DNA of 64,000 bases from an uncultured delta proteobacterium (GCA_963737265.1 CAVTRY010000013.1:448001-512000); one strand, 5' to 3'. Shown: positions 10,057 through 22,037, counted from the first letter of the stretch. The notes: generated by a model not told the origin, from the letters alone. Made by a program: numbers and translations.

Positions 10057-11772
10057 TTATCCGTTGGTTTGAGAGGCTAGAGCGGAAATCGCCTTGCGCG
10101 CCTCCACGACCTCGGCTTGAGGCACGTCGGAAGGCGAGATTTGGTCGACGAATTCGGGGTAGCCGGGCAGACCCATTTCGGGAACATCGAGTCCGGCGAT
10201 TTCGACGTCGGCACTGACACGGTTGGATCCCAGGAGTTTGCCAATGATGAAGAAGGCCAGGCCGCCCACGAGGACGTTCCAAGCGATGCACACGACGACT
10301 TCGACCGCTTGAGCCGCAAGTTGTCGAGAATCGCCGTAGAAGAGGCCGGTCACGCCGCGCCCAACGACACCTAGATAGTCGGTGGCGCCGACGCCGTTCC
10401 AGCCTTGACCGTAGCTGCCATCGGCGAAGAGACCGACGGCAAGAACGCCCCACGCACCATTGACGCCGTGAACGCTGATGGCGCCGACGGGATCGTCGAC
10501 CTTGAGCTTGTCGAAGGCGAACACGCTGATGACGACGAGCACGCCGGCGACCGCGCCGATGATAAACGCGCCAACCGGGGTGACGAAAGCGCAGGGGGCC
10601 GTAATAGCAACCAGGCCGGCAAGCATGCTATTGCACATCATGGCTGGGTCAGGCTTGCCGTATCTAGCCCACATGTACAAGATTCCAGCGACGGTGGCCG
10701 ACATGCTAGCTATCATCGTGTTGGCCGCGACGATGCCGATGCGTCCGTCCGATCCAGCCAATGAGCTGCCCGCGTTGAAACCGAACCAGCCGAAGGCAAG
10801 AATGAACGTGCCAAGCTGAACCATGGGAATGTCATGCGGCAAAATCGGTTTGACCTTGCCATCCTTCCCGTATTTGCCAATACGGGGTCCAATCAGCGCG
10901 GCGGTAATAAAGGCCAAGGCGCCGCCTTGTAAGTGGACAACCCCCGATCCGGCGTAATCGACCACGCCGTGTCCAAGACCCATACGGTAGCCCAATTGGG
11001 CCAGCCAGCCGCCGCCCCACACCCAACAGCCGAACACCGGGTAGATGAACGCGCCCACGATGATGCTGAAGAGGAAGAAACTCTTGAAGCTCCACCTTTC
11101 AGCGCAAGCCCCGGTGACGATGGTCGCCGTGGTGTCCATGAAGACCATCATGAAGAGGAACAGCACGACGGCGGCGGCATCGTAGCCGTTGCCCGAGAGG
11201 AAGAACCCAGTCGTGCCGAGCAGGCCCCATCCGTGGTCGCCGTTGATGGCGGAGCCAAAGGTCAGCATGGAATGAAGGGTTGGCGTTCCGCCAAGGCTTG
11301 CCGGACCGCCAATCGCCGTGCCGTTGAGACCACCGCACATGAAGGCAAAGCCGCAGACGAAGAAGCCAAGCATGCCAAGGCCGTAGACCGCGAAGTTCAT
11401 AGAAAAGGTGTGCGCGGCGTTCTTGCCACGAATGAGGCCCGTTTCGACCAGGGCGAAGCCGGCCTGCATGAACATAACGAGGAAGCCGGCGATCAGCGTC
11501 CACACGAAGTTCACCGAGTAGATGCCGTGAGAAGCCGATTGCGCGACCGCATCGACGGCGACGGCGAGCTCCTTGCTGGTGGCCTTTTCCGGATCGGGCT
11601 TGGTGTAGCCCGGAACCGAAAACGCCGTGGGCGTGTTTTGGAACGTACCGATCTTGTCGGGCACCGGATCATCGGCCAGCGCGGTCGATGTTTCCACGCC
11701 CACCAAGACCCCGGCCAACGCCAGCGTGGCGAGCCATCGGCAACAGTAACGATTGCGAACTATGCGGAACAT
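10057..11772 (-). CDS. amt: Ammonium transporter (Amt)
   Basis: FMQAGFALVETG, GACAERW, DYAGSGVVH, GWFGFNAGS, DDPVGAISVHG; both conserved His present. Confidence 0.96.
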   Translation of the reverse strand: MFRIVRNRYCCRWLATLALAGVLVGVETSTALADDPVPDKIGTFQNTPTAFSVPGYTKPDPEKATSKELAVAVDAVAQSASHGIYSVNFVWTLIAGFLVMFMQAGFALVETGLIRGKNAAHTFSMNFAVYGLGMLGFFVCGFAFMCGGLNGTAIGGPASLGGTPTLHSMLTFGSAINGDHGWGLLGTTGFFLSGNGYDAAAVVLFLFMMVFMDTTATIVTGACAERWSFKSFFLFSIIVGAFIYPVFGCWVWGGGWLAQLGYRMGLGHGVVDYAGSGVVHLQGGALAFITAALIGPRIGKYGKDGKVKPILPHDIPMVQLGTFILAFGWFGFNAGSSLAGSDGRIGIVAANTMIASMSATVAGILYMWARYGKPDPAMMCNSMLAGLVAITAPCAFVTPVGAFIIGAVAGVLVVISVFAFDKLKVDDPVGAISVHGVNGAWGVLAVGLFADGSYGQGWNGVGATDYLGVVGRGVTGLFYGDSRQLAAQAVEVVVCIAWNVLVGGLAFFIIGKLLGSNRVSADVEIAGLDVPEMGLPGYPEFVDQISPSDVPQAEVVEARKAISALASQTNG

Positions 11773-11814
11773 GCGTACCCCCTTATTCGTTCTTTTGACT
11801 TGTTTCAGGCGCAA

Positions 11815-12006
11815 TCAAGGTTGCGTGCGGAACTTCCGTTTCAACCGGGTCGCCCACATGGCACCAAGCACCGCCCCGACTTGCATGATGAGGAAGAAGA
11901 CCAGGGTCGGAAGCCACAGGCGCTGCGTCTTGAAGAAGATGAACACCGTGATGACGGCGATGACGAGCTGAATGGCGCGAAAGGTTTTCTTGTATTGTTC
12001 CAACAT
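11815..12006 (-). CDS. Small two-TM membrane protein, first gene of the amt operon
   Basis: 63 aa with two hydrophobic helices and a basic tail; GAGGA RBS upstream. Confidence 0.7.
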   Translation of the reverse strand: MLEQYKKTFRAIQLVIAVITVFIFFKTQRLWLPTLVFFLIMQVGAVLGAMWATRLKRKFRTQP

Positions 12007-12049
12007 GGTTCCTCGGTGGCGGCGATTGAAGCCTTCACCATTTTCCTAG

Positions 12050-12066
12050 AGCAATGTCGGTGCCGA
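12050..12066 (-). promoter_or_regulatory. Sigma54 (-24/-12) promoter
   Basis: Minus strand TCGGCACCGACATTGCT has exact GG-N10-GC spacing, ~45 bp upstream of the operon's first ATG. Confidence 0.7.
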
Positions 12067-12369
12067 GAATCGGCTGCAAAAGCGATGGGCACATGATTCC
12101 GCGCCCTTGCACGGCTCAATGCAGTCGCGGTTACAACGCGAACGCGCGATGGAAACCGGCCCGAAATCTCAAGGCTATTGCGGCGAATTGTCGCGTGGTG
12201 GTGGTTTGGCAAAGTGCCAGCGAGGGTTTGCTTTCTGCCAAAACGAGGGAGTCGGAGGGCCGCGTAGGAGCGTGGACGTCGGTGAACGGGATTGCACCCG
12301 GACCCGGCCGAGCAAAGGCGGCAGGTGTCGATGTGAACTTCAGGAGGGAACCATGACCGAAGTGCAGAC

Positions 12370-12531
12370 GAGCCTGAACGACTCTCGTCCCACGAGTTCA
12401 CGGAGGATCGTCTTCGCCGGCTCGTTCGTGAAGGGATCGAGAAAGAAATCATCACGATCGGACGAGGTGCTGAGATTCTAGGGCTCAGCCTTGTTCACAT
12501 GAGGGAGCTCGTCGCCGCGTGGGTCGAGTGA
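12370..12531 (+). pseudogene. 3' fragment of an XRE-HTH/ImmA-IrrE-type protein
   Basis: Manual translation EPERLSSHEFTEDRLRRLVREGIEKEIITIGRGAEILGLSLVHMRELVAAWVE*; no 5' part. Confidence 0.55.
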
Positions 12532-12534
12532 CAG

Positions 12535-12666
12535 ATGGCTGCTTCTGCGTCCAGCTTCTTGATCCTGGACGCAAATGTGCTGATCGACTATTGCGCTGCC
12601 GACAGGACCGTCTTGACGCTCGTTTCCCAACACGTTGGACGCATTCATGTCCCTTCTGTGCTACTA
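12535..12666 (+). pseudogene. 5' fragment of a PIN-domain protein
   Basis: Manual translation MAASASSFLILDANVLIDYCAADRTVLTLVSQHVGRIHVPSVLL, broken at the vapC-derived piece. Confidence 0.6.
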
Positions 12667-12783
12667 GTCCAGTCAGCAATTTCTAAGTCATCGAAGTAGT
12701 CGCTCTTCGACATTCTCAGAGTGTACATCTATTTGTACATCTGGCAAGGTGTTCCTTCGACGCTGCCGAACAAGCCGTTGAAG
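12667..12783. repeat. Internally deleted copy of the phd-vapC cassette
   Basis: 12667-12699 equals 1761-1793 (33 bp); 12702-12783 equals 2437-2518 (82 bp); joined by 2 nt. Confidence 0.93.
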
Positions 12784-12827
12784 ACTGGAGAGCCCAGGGT
12801 AATCGGCTACCTCTTTGTATCTTGGTG

Positions 12828-13268
12828 CTAGTAAGAGGCCGTGTTCACCATCCACGCGGAGAAGGCGCGCAGGAACGTGCGAAAGCCTTCGAGGTGCTCC
12901 GCGGGAAACCCATAGTCCGTCGTTGCCTTGGCCAAAACCCGCTCGAAACAGCCGAGCCATTCCTCGCGCGCTTGAGGCGTGATCGGGAAGGGCAGGTGGC
13001 GCGCGCGCATGCGGGGCGGACCACGCAGGTCGGAGTATTCCGGCGGACCGCCGAGAATTTGCACGAAAAATGCCGCGGATTTTTGCGAGCTTTTGGCCAG
13101 ATTCTTGGGAAACATGGCGCTGATGGGCGACGCCCCCAGCTCGCGATAGAAATCTTCGATCATGCGGTAGATGTTGTCGCGACCCATGGCGGGATAAATT
13201 TCCCGGCTGGGCCCCGCAATTTCGCCTGGGTTTACCTGCGGAACAAAGACCTCGCGCTGGTCTCGCAT
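12828..13268 (-). CDS. Truncated (2/2) hemoglobin, group II-like
   Basis: IEDFY, FFVQILGGPPEYS, PRMRARHLPFPIT, WLGCF motifs. Confidence 0.88.
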   Translation of the reverse strand: MRDQREVFVPQVNPGEIAGPSREIYPAMGRDNIYRMIEDFYRELGASPISAMFPKNLAKSSQKSAAFFVQILGGPPEYSDLRGPPRMRARHLPFPITPQAREEWLGCFERVLAKATTDYGFPAEHLEGFRTFLRAFSAWMVNTASY

Positions 13269-13329
13269 GATGGAAACCTAGCGCGAATTCGGGTTCGCGG
13301 CGCCCTTCGCGAGGAAGATTGGAAGATAA

Positions 13330-14886
13330 TCAGCTTTCCGGCGAAGGTGGCTCGGTCACTGCGGGCTCGGCGCTGGCGGGCTCTGCCGCTGGCTGGGGAT
13401 GAGGATGGCGAAGCAATTCGCGGGCGGCGTCGCGCGCGGCCTGCACCTGAACCAGCTTGCACGCCCCGCACAGCGACGGCGCGGCCCAGTTGCCGAGGTG
13501 GGTTTGTAGCTGGCTTTCGGGCGGCCAGAAGATCGGCGTGCCACACTGGACGCATGGGATTTCCTGGGTCTTTCGATTGGCCAGGAACTCGGCGCAGGCC
13601 GAACAGCGCCGTTCGGGCGGCTGTACTTCGCGCTTCCGCTTGCGCTTGTTCTTCTTGCCCTTCCCTGGTACGTCCGCACTTCCGGCCGCAGGAGGTGCGG
13701 CGTGCGTGCCGAGATCCGCGACTTCGGCCTCCGCCGGTGCGCTGGCAGGCAGTGCGGAAATCTCCACGATCTCCACGACTGAGGCGGGCAATGCCTCGGT
13801 GGCAGAGGTGGCCTGCTCGGGTTCTTTGAGCTTGGGCCGCACGCCAGCGGCGAGCTGCTGCTCCTTGGTCCAGGTCCACGTCCCCGGGCAGTGATCGGTC
13901 CGGCAGGAAATCTCGCGATCCTCGAGGTCGCCAAGCTCTTTTTCGCAGTTGGTGCACAGATGTGGATAGGGATCGCCGGTTTTGCCTCGCACGGCCCGCG
14001 CGAGCTGGGCGCCGCGCTTGTCCATCCAGGTTCCCTTGCAGCTCGAACGGCGGCAGGGGCGCTCCACGTCCCGTAGCGTGCTCCACAGGTCGAAGCAGCG
14101 CTGGCACATTTGCGACGGCGCTTTGGGCGCCGGCTTGTCCGCGGCGCAGGCATCGAGCTGGTCGAAGCGCGACCAGGTCCAGGTGTTCTTGCAGCCCGAG
14201 GTCCGGCAGCGCACCTCGCGGTCGGGTAGCTTGCCGAAGCCGGCCCGGCAGGTATCGCACATGCGGCGGGGCGGCTCGTTGGGTTTGCCGGCCGCGAACG
14301 CCGCGATCTGATCGTCGGCTTTCCAGATCCATTTGCGCGAGCAACCGTTGATACCGCAGTTGACTTGGCGATCTTTGATCCTTCGCGCTACCTGGTCACA
14401 GGGCTCACAAAGGTATCCGGTGAACGTCACGGTACCAGCCTTGGGCGGCTCGGGCGGCGTTTCGGGCTGCCCATGAGACACGAGTTGTTGCTGTTTGGTC
14501 AGCAGCGCCGAGCGCGTGCATCCGGGTACCGCGCACGGGATTTCTTTGTCCTCTAGCGTATCGAGGAGCGACCGGCAGGCCGTGCACAGGCTCTTCGGCG
14601 GCGGCCGGTCCGCGGCAAAGGCTTCGAGCTGGGCCGCCGCGGTCCAGGTCCAGGTCCCGGTGCAGCCCGCGCGATCGCATCGCCGTTCGACGTCGGCGAC
14701 CCGGCGAGATTTCTCTCGGCAGGGCTCGCACATGCCTTCGGTCGCGGGATCTCCGTCGGACGCCCCCCTTCCGAGACCGAATGCCTTGTTGGAAAGTTGG
14801 AGCCAGGTTCGTCTGCACCCAGGCACACGGCAAGGGAAAGACTTGGCACCCAACCTATCTGCGAGTGTGAATGTTCCTGCGGCCAT
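13330..14886 (-). CDS. Cys-rich protein with 8 tandem putative zinc-ribbon repeats
   Basis: Repeated D-x4-C-x4-C-x3-WxW-x4-Q...P-x3-CxxC; start placed at ATG 14886 because the upstream ORF part is antisense to tig. Confidence 0.8.
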   Translation of the reverse strand: MAAGTFTLADRLGAKSFPCRVPGCRRTWLQLSNKAFGLGRGASDGDPATEGMCEPCREKSRRVADVERRCDRAGCTGTWTWTAAAQLEAFAADRPPPKSLCTACRSLLDTLEDKEIPCAVPGCTRSALLTKQQQLVSHGQPETPPEPPKAGTVTFTGYLCEPCDQVARRIKDRQVNCGINGCSRKWIWKADDQIAAFAAGKPNEPPRRMCDTCRAGFGKLPDREVRCRTSGCKNTWTWSRFDQLDACAADKPAPKAPSQMCQRCFDLWSTLRDVERPCRRSSCKGTWMDKRGAQLARAVRGKTGDPYPHLCTNCEKELGDLEDREISCRTDHCPGTWTWTKEQQLAAGVRPKLKEPEQATSATEALPASVVEIVEISALPASAPAEAEVADLGTHAAPPAAGSADVPGKGKKNKRKRKREVQPPERRCSACAEFLANRKTQEIPCVQCGTPIFWPPESQLQTHLGNWAAPSLCGACKLVQVQAARDAARELLRHPHPQPAAEPASAEPAVTEPPSPES

Positions 14887-15015
14887 AGGAAGTTTCGTAT
14901 CGTGGCAACAACGGTTCGCCAAGGCAAGCAGCAATTCGGTAATTTGTGCGGGGCAAAAAATCGACGTTTCGGGTTGACGTGGTGGGCATGCTCTCTTCAT
15001 TCTTGGGCGCTTGCC

Positions 15016-16404
15016 ATGCAGATCACGATTGAAGACATCTCTCCGGTAGAAAAACGCGTCGATTTCGAAGTTCCGTGGGCTGACGTCGCCGCCAGGTTGG
15101 ATAAGGCCTACGACAAGCTTCGCCGCGAGGCCAGGCTCAAGGGCTTCCGCCCGGGCAAGGTACCGCGTCAAGTGGTGGAGAAGCTCTACAAGAGCCGCGT
15201 TGAAGACGATGTCTCGCGCGAGGTGGTCGAGCTGGCCATCACGCAGGCCGTCCAGGAAAAGCAGATTGCGCCCATCGTTCCGCCGACGATCGACAAGCTG
15301 GAGCTCAAGATCGGCGAGCCGCTCAGGTTCTCCGCGCGCGTCGAAATCCGCTCGCAGTTCACGCCGAAAGACTACACCGGCGTGCGCGTTGCGCGCCGGC
15401 CGGCCAAGGTCAGCGAAGAGCAGATAGACAAGGCATTGGAAGGCTACCAGCGCCGCTTCACCGAGCTCAAGCCGGTGGAGGATCGTAAGGAAACTGCCGC
15501 CAACGACATCCTCACCGCCGAGGTTCACGGCAAGGTCGGCGACCACAAGGTCAAGACCCGCATCATCACCGTCGACCTGGCCGACCCGAACGCTGGTGGA
15601 GTGCCCGGTCTGGCCGAGCGGCTGGTTGGGGTTGCCGTCGATGCCCAGGGCCTCGAAATCAAGTATCAGGTTCCCGCGGATTCGCCCGTCAAAGGCCTGG
15701 CCGGCAGAGATGTCAGCCTGCGCATCTCAATCAAGGAGGTGCGTGGTCGCAAGGTACCGGCGCTCGACGACGAGCTGGCCAAGGATACTGGCGAGTCCGA
15801 CACCTTGGCCGACCTTCGCAACAAGGTGCGCGAGCGGCTGGTTGAAGCCGAAAACCAGCGCATCAAGCGCGAGATGGGAGCCGCGCTGGTCAAGGAGATC
15901 GCCAAGATCAATGCGTTCCCGGTGGCGCCGTCGTTGGTGGAGCGGTACGCGGAAGACATGGTCATCCGCGCCAAGTCTCAGCTTATGATAATGGGCATCG
16001 ACGTGGAAACCGGCGGCTTCAACGAGGCCGAAATGCTGAAAGAGGTTCGTGGCGAGGCCGAGGACGAGGCAAGGTCCAACATCCTGGTCCAAGCCATCGC
16101 CGAGCGCGAGAGCATCGAGGCTAGCGAGGGCGACGTACAAAAACGCATCGCCGAGATCGCCGCTGCCAGGCAGGAGAGCGCGAAGAAGCTGCGCGCCGAG
16201 CTCGAACACAACGGCCGCATCGGCGGGGTCAAGGCGCAGATCGTTTTCGAGAAGACAGTTGATATGTTGCTTGGCCAGGCTAAGATCGTCGACGAAGATC
16301 CCGACAGCCTGATTATCAAGCCCGGCGAGGCCGGTGGACAGCGACTTATCGTTACGCTCGAGGAGGCCGCCGCCCTTGCGGCGCAACACGCGAATAGGAA
16401 ATGA
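15016..16404 (+). CDS. tig: Trigger factor
   Basis: GFRPGKVP ribosome-binding motif; LDDELAKD; tig-clpP-clpX-lon synteny. Confidence 0.95.
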   Translation: MQITIEDISPVEKRVDFEVPWADVAARLDKAYDKLRREARLKGFRPGKVPRQVVEKLYKSRVEDDVSREVVELAITQAVQEKQIAPIVPPTIDKLELKIGEPLRFSARVEIRSQFTPKDYTGVRVARRPAKVSEEQIDKALEGYQRRFTELKPVEDRKETAANDILTAEVHGKVGDHKVKTRIITVDLADPNAGGVPGLAERLVGVAVDAQGLEIKYQVPADSPVKGLAGRDVSLRISIKEVRGRKVPALDDELAKDTGESDTLADLRNKVRERLVEAENQRIKREMGAALVKEIAKINAFPVAPSLVERYAEDMVIRAKSQLMIMGIDVETGGFNEAEMLKEVRGEAEDEARSNILVQAIAERESIEASEGDVQKRIAEIAAARQESAKKLRAELEHNGRIGGVKAQIVFEKTVDMLLGQAKIVDEDPDSLIIKPGEAGGQRLIVTLEEAAALAAQHANRK

Positions 16405-17060
16405 CAGCCATGCGAAATCCCGACCACGCGTCGTCTGAGCTACCGTCCGCCATCCGCAATATGATCATCCCCACGGTCATCGAGCAGACCCACCGCGGGG
16501 AGCGCGGCTGGGACATCTTCTCGCGTTTGCTCAAGGACCGCATCGTGTTCCTCGGCACGGGAGTGGACGACCAAATCGCCAACATCGTCATCGCGCAGCT
16601 GCTGTTCCTTGAGTCCGAGGATCCGGACAAGGACATCATGCTCTACATCAACTCGCCGGGCGGGATGGTGACTGCCGGGATGGCGATTTACGATACGATG
16701 CAGTATGTGCGTCCCGATGTGGCAACCTTTTGCATGGGCCAGGCAGCGTCGATGGGTGCGTTTTTGCTCGCCGCTGGCGCCAAGGGCAAGCGCTTCAGCC
16801 TGCCGCACTCGCGCATTTTGATTCACCAGCCGCTGGGAGGCTTCTCGGGCCAGGCCACCGATGTCGACATCCACGCGCGCGAAATCCTGCGCACGCGAGA
16901 CAACTTGAATCAGCTTCTGGTCCAGCACACGGGCCAGTCCATCGAGCGCATCAAGAACGACACCGAGCGCGACTACTTCATGAGCCCCGGCGAAGCCAAG
17001 GAATATGGCATCGTCGACGAAGTCCTCGTCCACAAGCACACGAAGGACAAAGACAAGTAG
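16401..17060 (+). CDS. clpP: Clp protease proteolytic subunit
   Basis: [39 protein letters not shown]. Confidence 0.98.
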   Translation: MTAMRNPDHASSELPSAIRNMIIPTVIEQTHRGERGWDIFSRLLKDRIVFLGTGVDDQIANIVIAQLLFLESEDPDKDIMLYINSPGGMVTAGMAIYDTMQYVRPDVATFCMGQAASMGAFLLAAGAKGKRFSLPHSRILIHQPLGGFSGQATDVDIHAREILRTRDNLNQLLVQHTGQSIERIKNDTERDYFMSPGEAKEYGIVDEVLVHKHTKDKDK

Positions 17061-17181
17061 ACGTCTCATGACACAAGAAATCGTCGCACGACGGACGAAT
17101 CTCGGAAATCGCAGAATAGCCGCGTCGCCTGGGGCGCAGACGCCGGTGGCAGTGACGGCCACCTGGTGCTAGTTTAGTTCG

Positions 17182-18456
<1,275 letters not shown>

Positions 18457-18670
18457 CCAGCGCGCTGCGCTAAGCGCCTCCTCTTCTATCCCATCTCAGA
18501 TTCTTCGCGTAGCGCGACGCCGTCGGCGAGGCATCACGTGGCCGTCGCCCGGCGCACCAGGAATGCCCAACTCGCAAAGGTGTTTTGCCCTACTTGCACA
18601 AGGTCGTGCCCGGCGAAACTCGCAGAAATTGGCTGTTGCGATCGGCCGTTGATACGATCCCTTCAATTCC

Positions 18671-21247
18671 GTGGCGTCCATCCGGCCGCCGGAAAGGGAT
18701 CCCGTGCCCAATCATCGAGAAGACGAACCTACCCTGAAGCGCGTTCCATTGCTGCCCCTGCGCGACATCGTGATTTTTCCCCACATGGTCGTGCCGCTTT
18801 TCGTGGGGCGTGAAAAGTCGCTCGGCGCCCTGGGCGAGGTGACAGCGCGTGGCGAGAATCAGGAGATCTTTCTTTCCGCTCAGCGCTGGCCCGAAACCCA
18901 CGAGCCCACGCCGGAAGACATCTTTCTCGTTGGTACCCTGGCCAATTTGATCCAGGTGCTGCGCTTGCCCGACGGGACGGTGAAGGTGCTGGTGGAAGGC
19001 AAGCGCCGCGCGACCATTCGCAATTTCGTCGAGGCCGAGGGGTTTCTGGCCGTGGAAGTCGAGGAGGTGCCTGAGATTGACGAGCGCTCGGCCGAAACCT
19101 CCGCGGCCGGACGCGCTCTGTTGGCTGCCTTCGAAGGCTACATCAAGCTCAGCAAAGGCTTGGCGCCGGAGCTCATGGAATCGGTGCACTCCATCGAGTC
19201 GGCGGGCGAGCTGGCGGACACCGTCGCTGGCCAGCTTCAGCTCAAGCTGCCGAACCGGCAAGCCCTGCTCGAAATGGCACGTCCGCTTGACCGCCTTCTG
19301 CGCTTGACCGAGCTGCTCAAGTCGGAGATCGAGATTCTGCAGGCCGAGCGCAAGCTGCGCGCACGTCCCAGGCGCGACAAGCGCCGCGAAGAGCCCTTCG
19401 TCAGCGATCCCGCGCTGGCCGCGCCGAAGCAGATGAGCGAGCGCGACGAATTAAAGAACGAGCTGGCCGAGCTGGAAGAGAAGGCGGCGGCGGTCAAGCT
19501 TTCGGCCGAGGCGGCGAGCAAGGTCAAAAAGGAGATCAAGAAGCTGCGGCTCATGGCCCCGATGTCGGCGGAGGCCTCGGTGGTCCGCAGCTACATCGAC
19601 TGGGTGCTGGCGCTGCCTTGGGGCGTGCGCACGGAAGACCGTTTGGACGTCGCGGAAGCCGAGCGCGTGCTCGACCAAGACCATTTCGGCCTGCACAAGG
19701 TGAAGGAACGCATCCTCGAATACTTGGCGGTGCAGGCACTGGTGAAGAAACAGAAAGGTCCCATCCTGTGTCTCGTCGGTCCACCCGGCGTGGGCAAGAC
19801 GTCGCTGGCGCAATCTATCGCGCGCGCCACGGGACGCCGTTTCGTACGCCTGGCCTTGGGTGGCGTGCGTGACGAAGCGGAAATTCGCGGGCATCGGCGC
19901 ACGTACATCGGAGCGCTGCCGGGCAAGATCATTCAGTCGCTCAAGAAGGCGGGCAGTACCAATCCCGTGTTCCTGCTCGACGAGGTCGACAAGATGTCGG
20001 CCGATTTTCGCGGCGATCCTTCGGCGGCGCTGCTCGAGGTTCTGGATCCGGAGCAGAACAACAGCTTCGCCGACCACTACCTGGACTTGGACTACGACCT
20101 GTCCGACGTCATGTTCATCACCACCGCGAACTACATGCAGGGCATCCCGGTGCCGCTGCAAGATCGCATGGAGATTGTGCATATTCCCGGCTACACCGAG
20201 TTCGAGAAGCTTGCCATTGCCGAGCGCTACCTTCTTGCCAAGCAAAAGCGCGAGCACGGTCTTGCCGACCTTGCCATCGAGATTCCGGAGGAAACCCTGC
20301 GCACGCTCATCCAGAGCTACACCAAGGAAGCTGGCGTGCGCAGCCTGGAACGGGAGATCGCCTCGATTTGCCGAAAAATCGCCCGTGAGTACTTGGCCGA
20401 CCGGAGCGTCACGGCATGGAAGGTCACGCCCAAGCGCCTGACCAAGTACCTCGGCCCGCAACGCTTCCGCATGGGGCAGCAACAAATCAGCGACGAGATT
20501 GGCCTCGCCAACGGCCTTGCGGTGACTTCGCATGGCGGCGATCTGCTCGTGACCGAAGTCTCCATCGTGGCGGGAAAGGGCAAGCTCGTGCTGACCGGCC
20601 AGCTCGGCGATGTCATGCAGGAGTCGGCGCAGGCCGCGATTAGCTACATTCGCTCGCGCGCGCCTTCGCTCGGCATCGACCGCGACTTCTACTCGCGCGC
20701 CGACATCCACGTGCACCTGCCCGAGGGCGCGATTCCCAAGGACGGGCCGTCGGCGGGAATCACCATCTGTACCGCGATGGTATCGGCGCTCTTGCGCGCG
20801 AAGGTTCGCCGCGACGTGGCGATGACCGGTGAGATCACGCTCCGCGGACGCGTGCTGCCCATCGGCGGCCTCAAGGAAAAGATTCTGGCCGCCCATCGCG
20901 GCGGGATCTCGACGGTGCTATTTCCCAAGGATAACGCCAAAGACCTGCGCGACATACCCAAACGTGTGCTGAAGGTGCTGCATCTCGTACCGGTCGGGCA
21001 CATGGACGAAGTCCTGCGTGCCGCGTTGGCGCTGGGCGAACCTGGCGCCTTTCTCAAAGAGCCGTCGGTCGCCGTTGACTGGCGCATCGCCACCGAGCGA
21101 CGCGGTGGCGAGCGGCGAGGCCTGGACTCGCTTATGCCGGCGGCAAGTTCGGTTCCGCCTGAGCCCGGCTCGTCAGACGAGTTGGTTCCCACGGCGGGCT
21201 GCCGAGCCCAGCGAGCTGGCGGGGCATCCGGTCCAGAAATGTTGTAG
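18671..21247 (+). CDS. lon: Lon protease
   Basis: [27 protein letters not shown] (catalytic Ser), GGLKEK; exact start uncertain. Confidence 0.97.
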   Translation: MASIRPPERDPVPNHREDEPTLKRVPLLPLRDIVIFPHMVVPLFVGREKSLGALGEVTARGENQEIFLSAQRWPETHEPTPEDIFLVGTLANLIQVLRLPDGTVKVLVEGKRRATIRNFVEAEGFLAVEVEEVPEIDERSAETSAAGRALLAAFEGYIKLSKGLAPELMESVHSIESAGELADTVAGQLQLKLPNRQALLEMARPLDRLLRLTELLKSEIEILQAERKLRARPRRDKRREEPFVSDPALAAPKQMSERDELKNELAELEEKAAAVKLSAEAASKVKKEIKKLRLMAPMSAEASVVRSYIDWVLALPWGVRTEDRLDVAEAERVLDQDHFGLHKVKERILEYLAVQALVKKQKGPILCLVGPPGVGKTSLAQSIARATGRRFVRLALGGVRDEAEIRGHRRTYIGALPGKIIQSLKKAGSTNPVFLLDEVDKMSADFRGDPSAALLEVLDPEQNNSFADHYLDLDYDLSDVMFITTANYMQGIPVPLQDRMEIVHIPGYTEFEKLAIAERYLLAKQKREHGLADLAIEIPEETLRTLIQSYTKEAGVRSLEREIASICRKIAREYLADRSVTAWKVTPKRLTKYLGPQRFRMGQQQISDEIGLANGLAVTSHGGDLLVTEVSIVAGKGKLVLTGQLGDVMQESAQAAISYIRSRAPSLGIDRDFYSRADIHVHLPEGAIPKDGPSAGITICTAMVSALLRAKVRRDVAMTGEITLRGRVLPIGGLKEKILAAHRGGISTVLFPKDNAKDLRDIPKRVLKVLHLVPVGHMDEVLRAALALGEPGAFLKEPSVAVDWRIATERRGGERRGLDSLMPAASSVPPEPGSSDELVPTAGCRAQRAGGASGPEML

Positions 21248-21262
21248 AAACAGCCCGGTTTC

Positions 21263-21348
21263 GGAGGAGTGGCCGAGCGGTCGAAGGCGACGGTCTTGAA
21301 AACCGTAGTGCCCCAAAGGCACCAAGGGTTCGAATCCCTTCTCCTCCT
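21263..21348 (+). tRNA. tRNA-Ser(TGA)
   Basis: GGAGGAG/CTCCTCC acceptor stem, anticodon loop CTTGAAA, long variable arm, GTTCGAATC. Confidence 0.95.
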
Positions 21349-21426
21349 CTAACTTTCGCTTCCCCAATGGAGGACTTGAGATCCGACTCAAACTCAAGTA
21401 GTACCAAGCAGCTTCCTAATAACCTT

Positions 21427-21517
21427 GGAGAGGTGGCCGAGAGGCCGAAGGCGGCGGTTTGCTAAACCGTTATACGGGCTAAAACCTGTATCGTGAGTTC
21501 GAATCTCACCCTCTCCG
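21427..21517 (+). tRNA. tRNA-Ser(GCT)
   Basis: GGAGAGG/CCTCTCC acceptor stem, anticodon loop TTGCTAA, long variable arm, GTTCGAATC. Confidence 0.95.
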
Positions 21518-21575
21518 CAAATTTCGGCTCGATTGCGCGTCGGGCTTTATCTTGGCCGGAAGGGTCTGGAGCTAC

Positions 21576-22037
21576 ATGACGAAGAAATTTCTTGTGTGGG
21601 CGACTGCCGGTTTGGCTCTTCTTGCGGCTGCATGCAACGGCGGCGGCATGACGGTCAATCTCGGTTCGGGCGGCGCGGGCGCCAGGTCTGGCGGGGCGGG
21701 CGGTTTCGCGTTCTCGCTGCCCGACGGCGGGCTTGCGGCGCTTTTGGGGGGAGGTGGCGTGACGTCAGGCGGTCTGGCGGGCATGGTCATCTGCGGGCCA
21801 GCGGCGAAACTGGGCGCCAAGTGCTCGGGCGCCGTGCCGGGTTGTGTCCTACCGAGCCTGGGAGGTGTCTGCGTCTGTCTCTCGGGAACCTATCTATGTC
21901 CGGTGAACACCGCGGCTGGGCCCACCGCTTGTCCGCCGGCTGCGGCGACGGGGAACGCCTGCACCTCGCCGCTTTCGGCCTGCATTGGTGGTGTGGCCGG
22001 CTGCATCTGCGGTCTCGGTACCTACTTCTGCCTCTAG
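21576..22037 (+). CDS. Cys/Gly-rich lipoprotein
   Basis: Signal peptide with lipobox LAAAC; two Cys-rich repeats ending CVCLSGTYLC and CICGLGTYFC. Confidence 0.75.
   Translation: MTKKFLVWATAGLALLAAACNGGGMTVNLGSGGAGARSGGAGGFAFSLPDGGLAALLGGGGVTSGGLAGMVICGPAAKLGAKCSGAVPGCVLPSLGGVCVCLSGTYLCPVNTAAGPTACPPAAATGNACTSPLSACIGGVAGCICGLGTYFCL

Noticed and set aside
12667-12699. 33-bp vapC match as a CRISPR spacer
   Set aside because: No flanking direct repeats or cas genes; better explained as a deletion remnant. No CRISPR array was seen anywhere in the window.
14887-15546. N-terminal 220 aa of the 738-aa minus-strand ORF
   Set aside because: Mostly antisense to tig; the Cys-repeat protein plausibly starts at ATG 14886.
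19451-20896. Long antisense ORFs over lon (also over clpX, GH9, amt, urtA)
   Set aside because: Shadow frames from GC3 bias opposite well-conserved genes.
21263-21517. tRNA-Ser genes as an island integration site
   Set aside because: No integrase and no duplicated tRNA 3' end noticed in the window.
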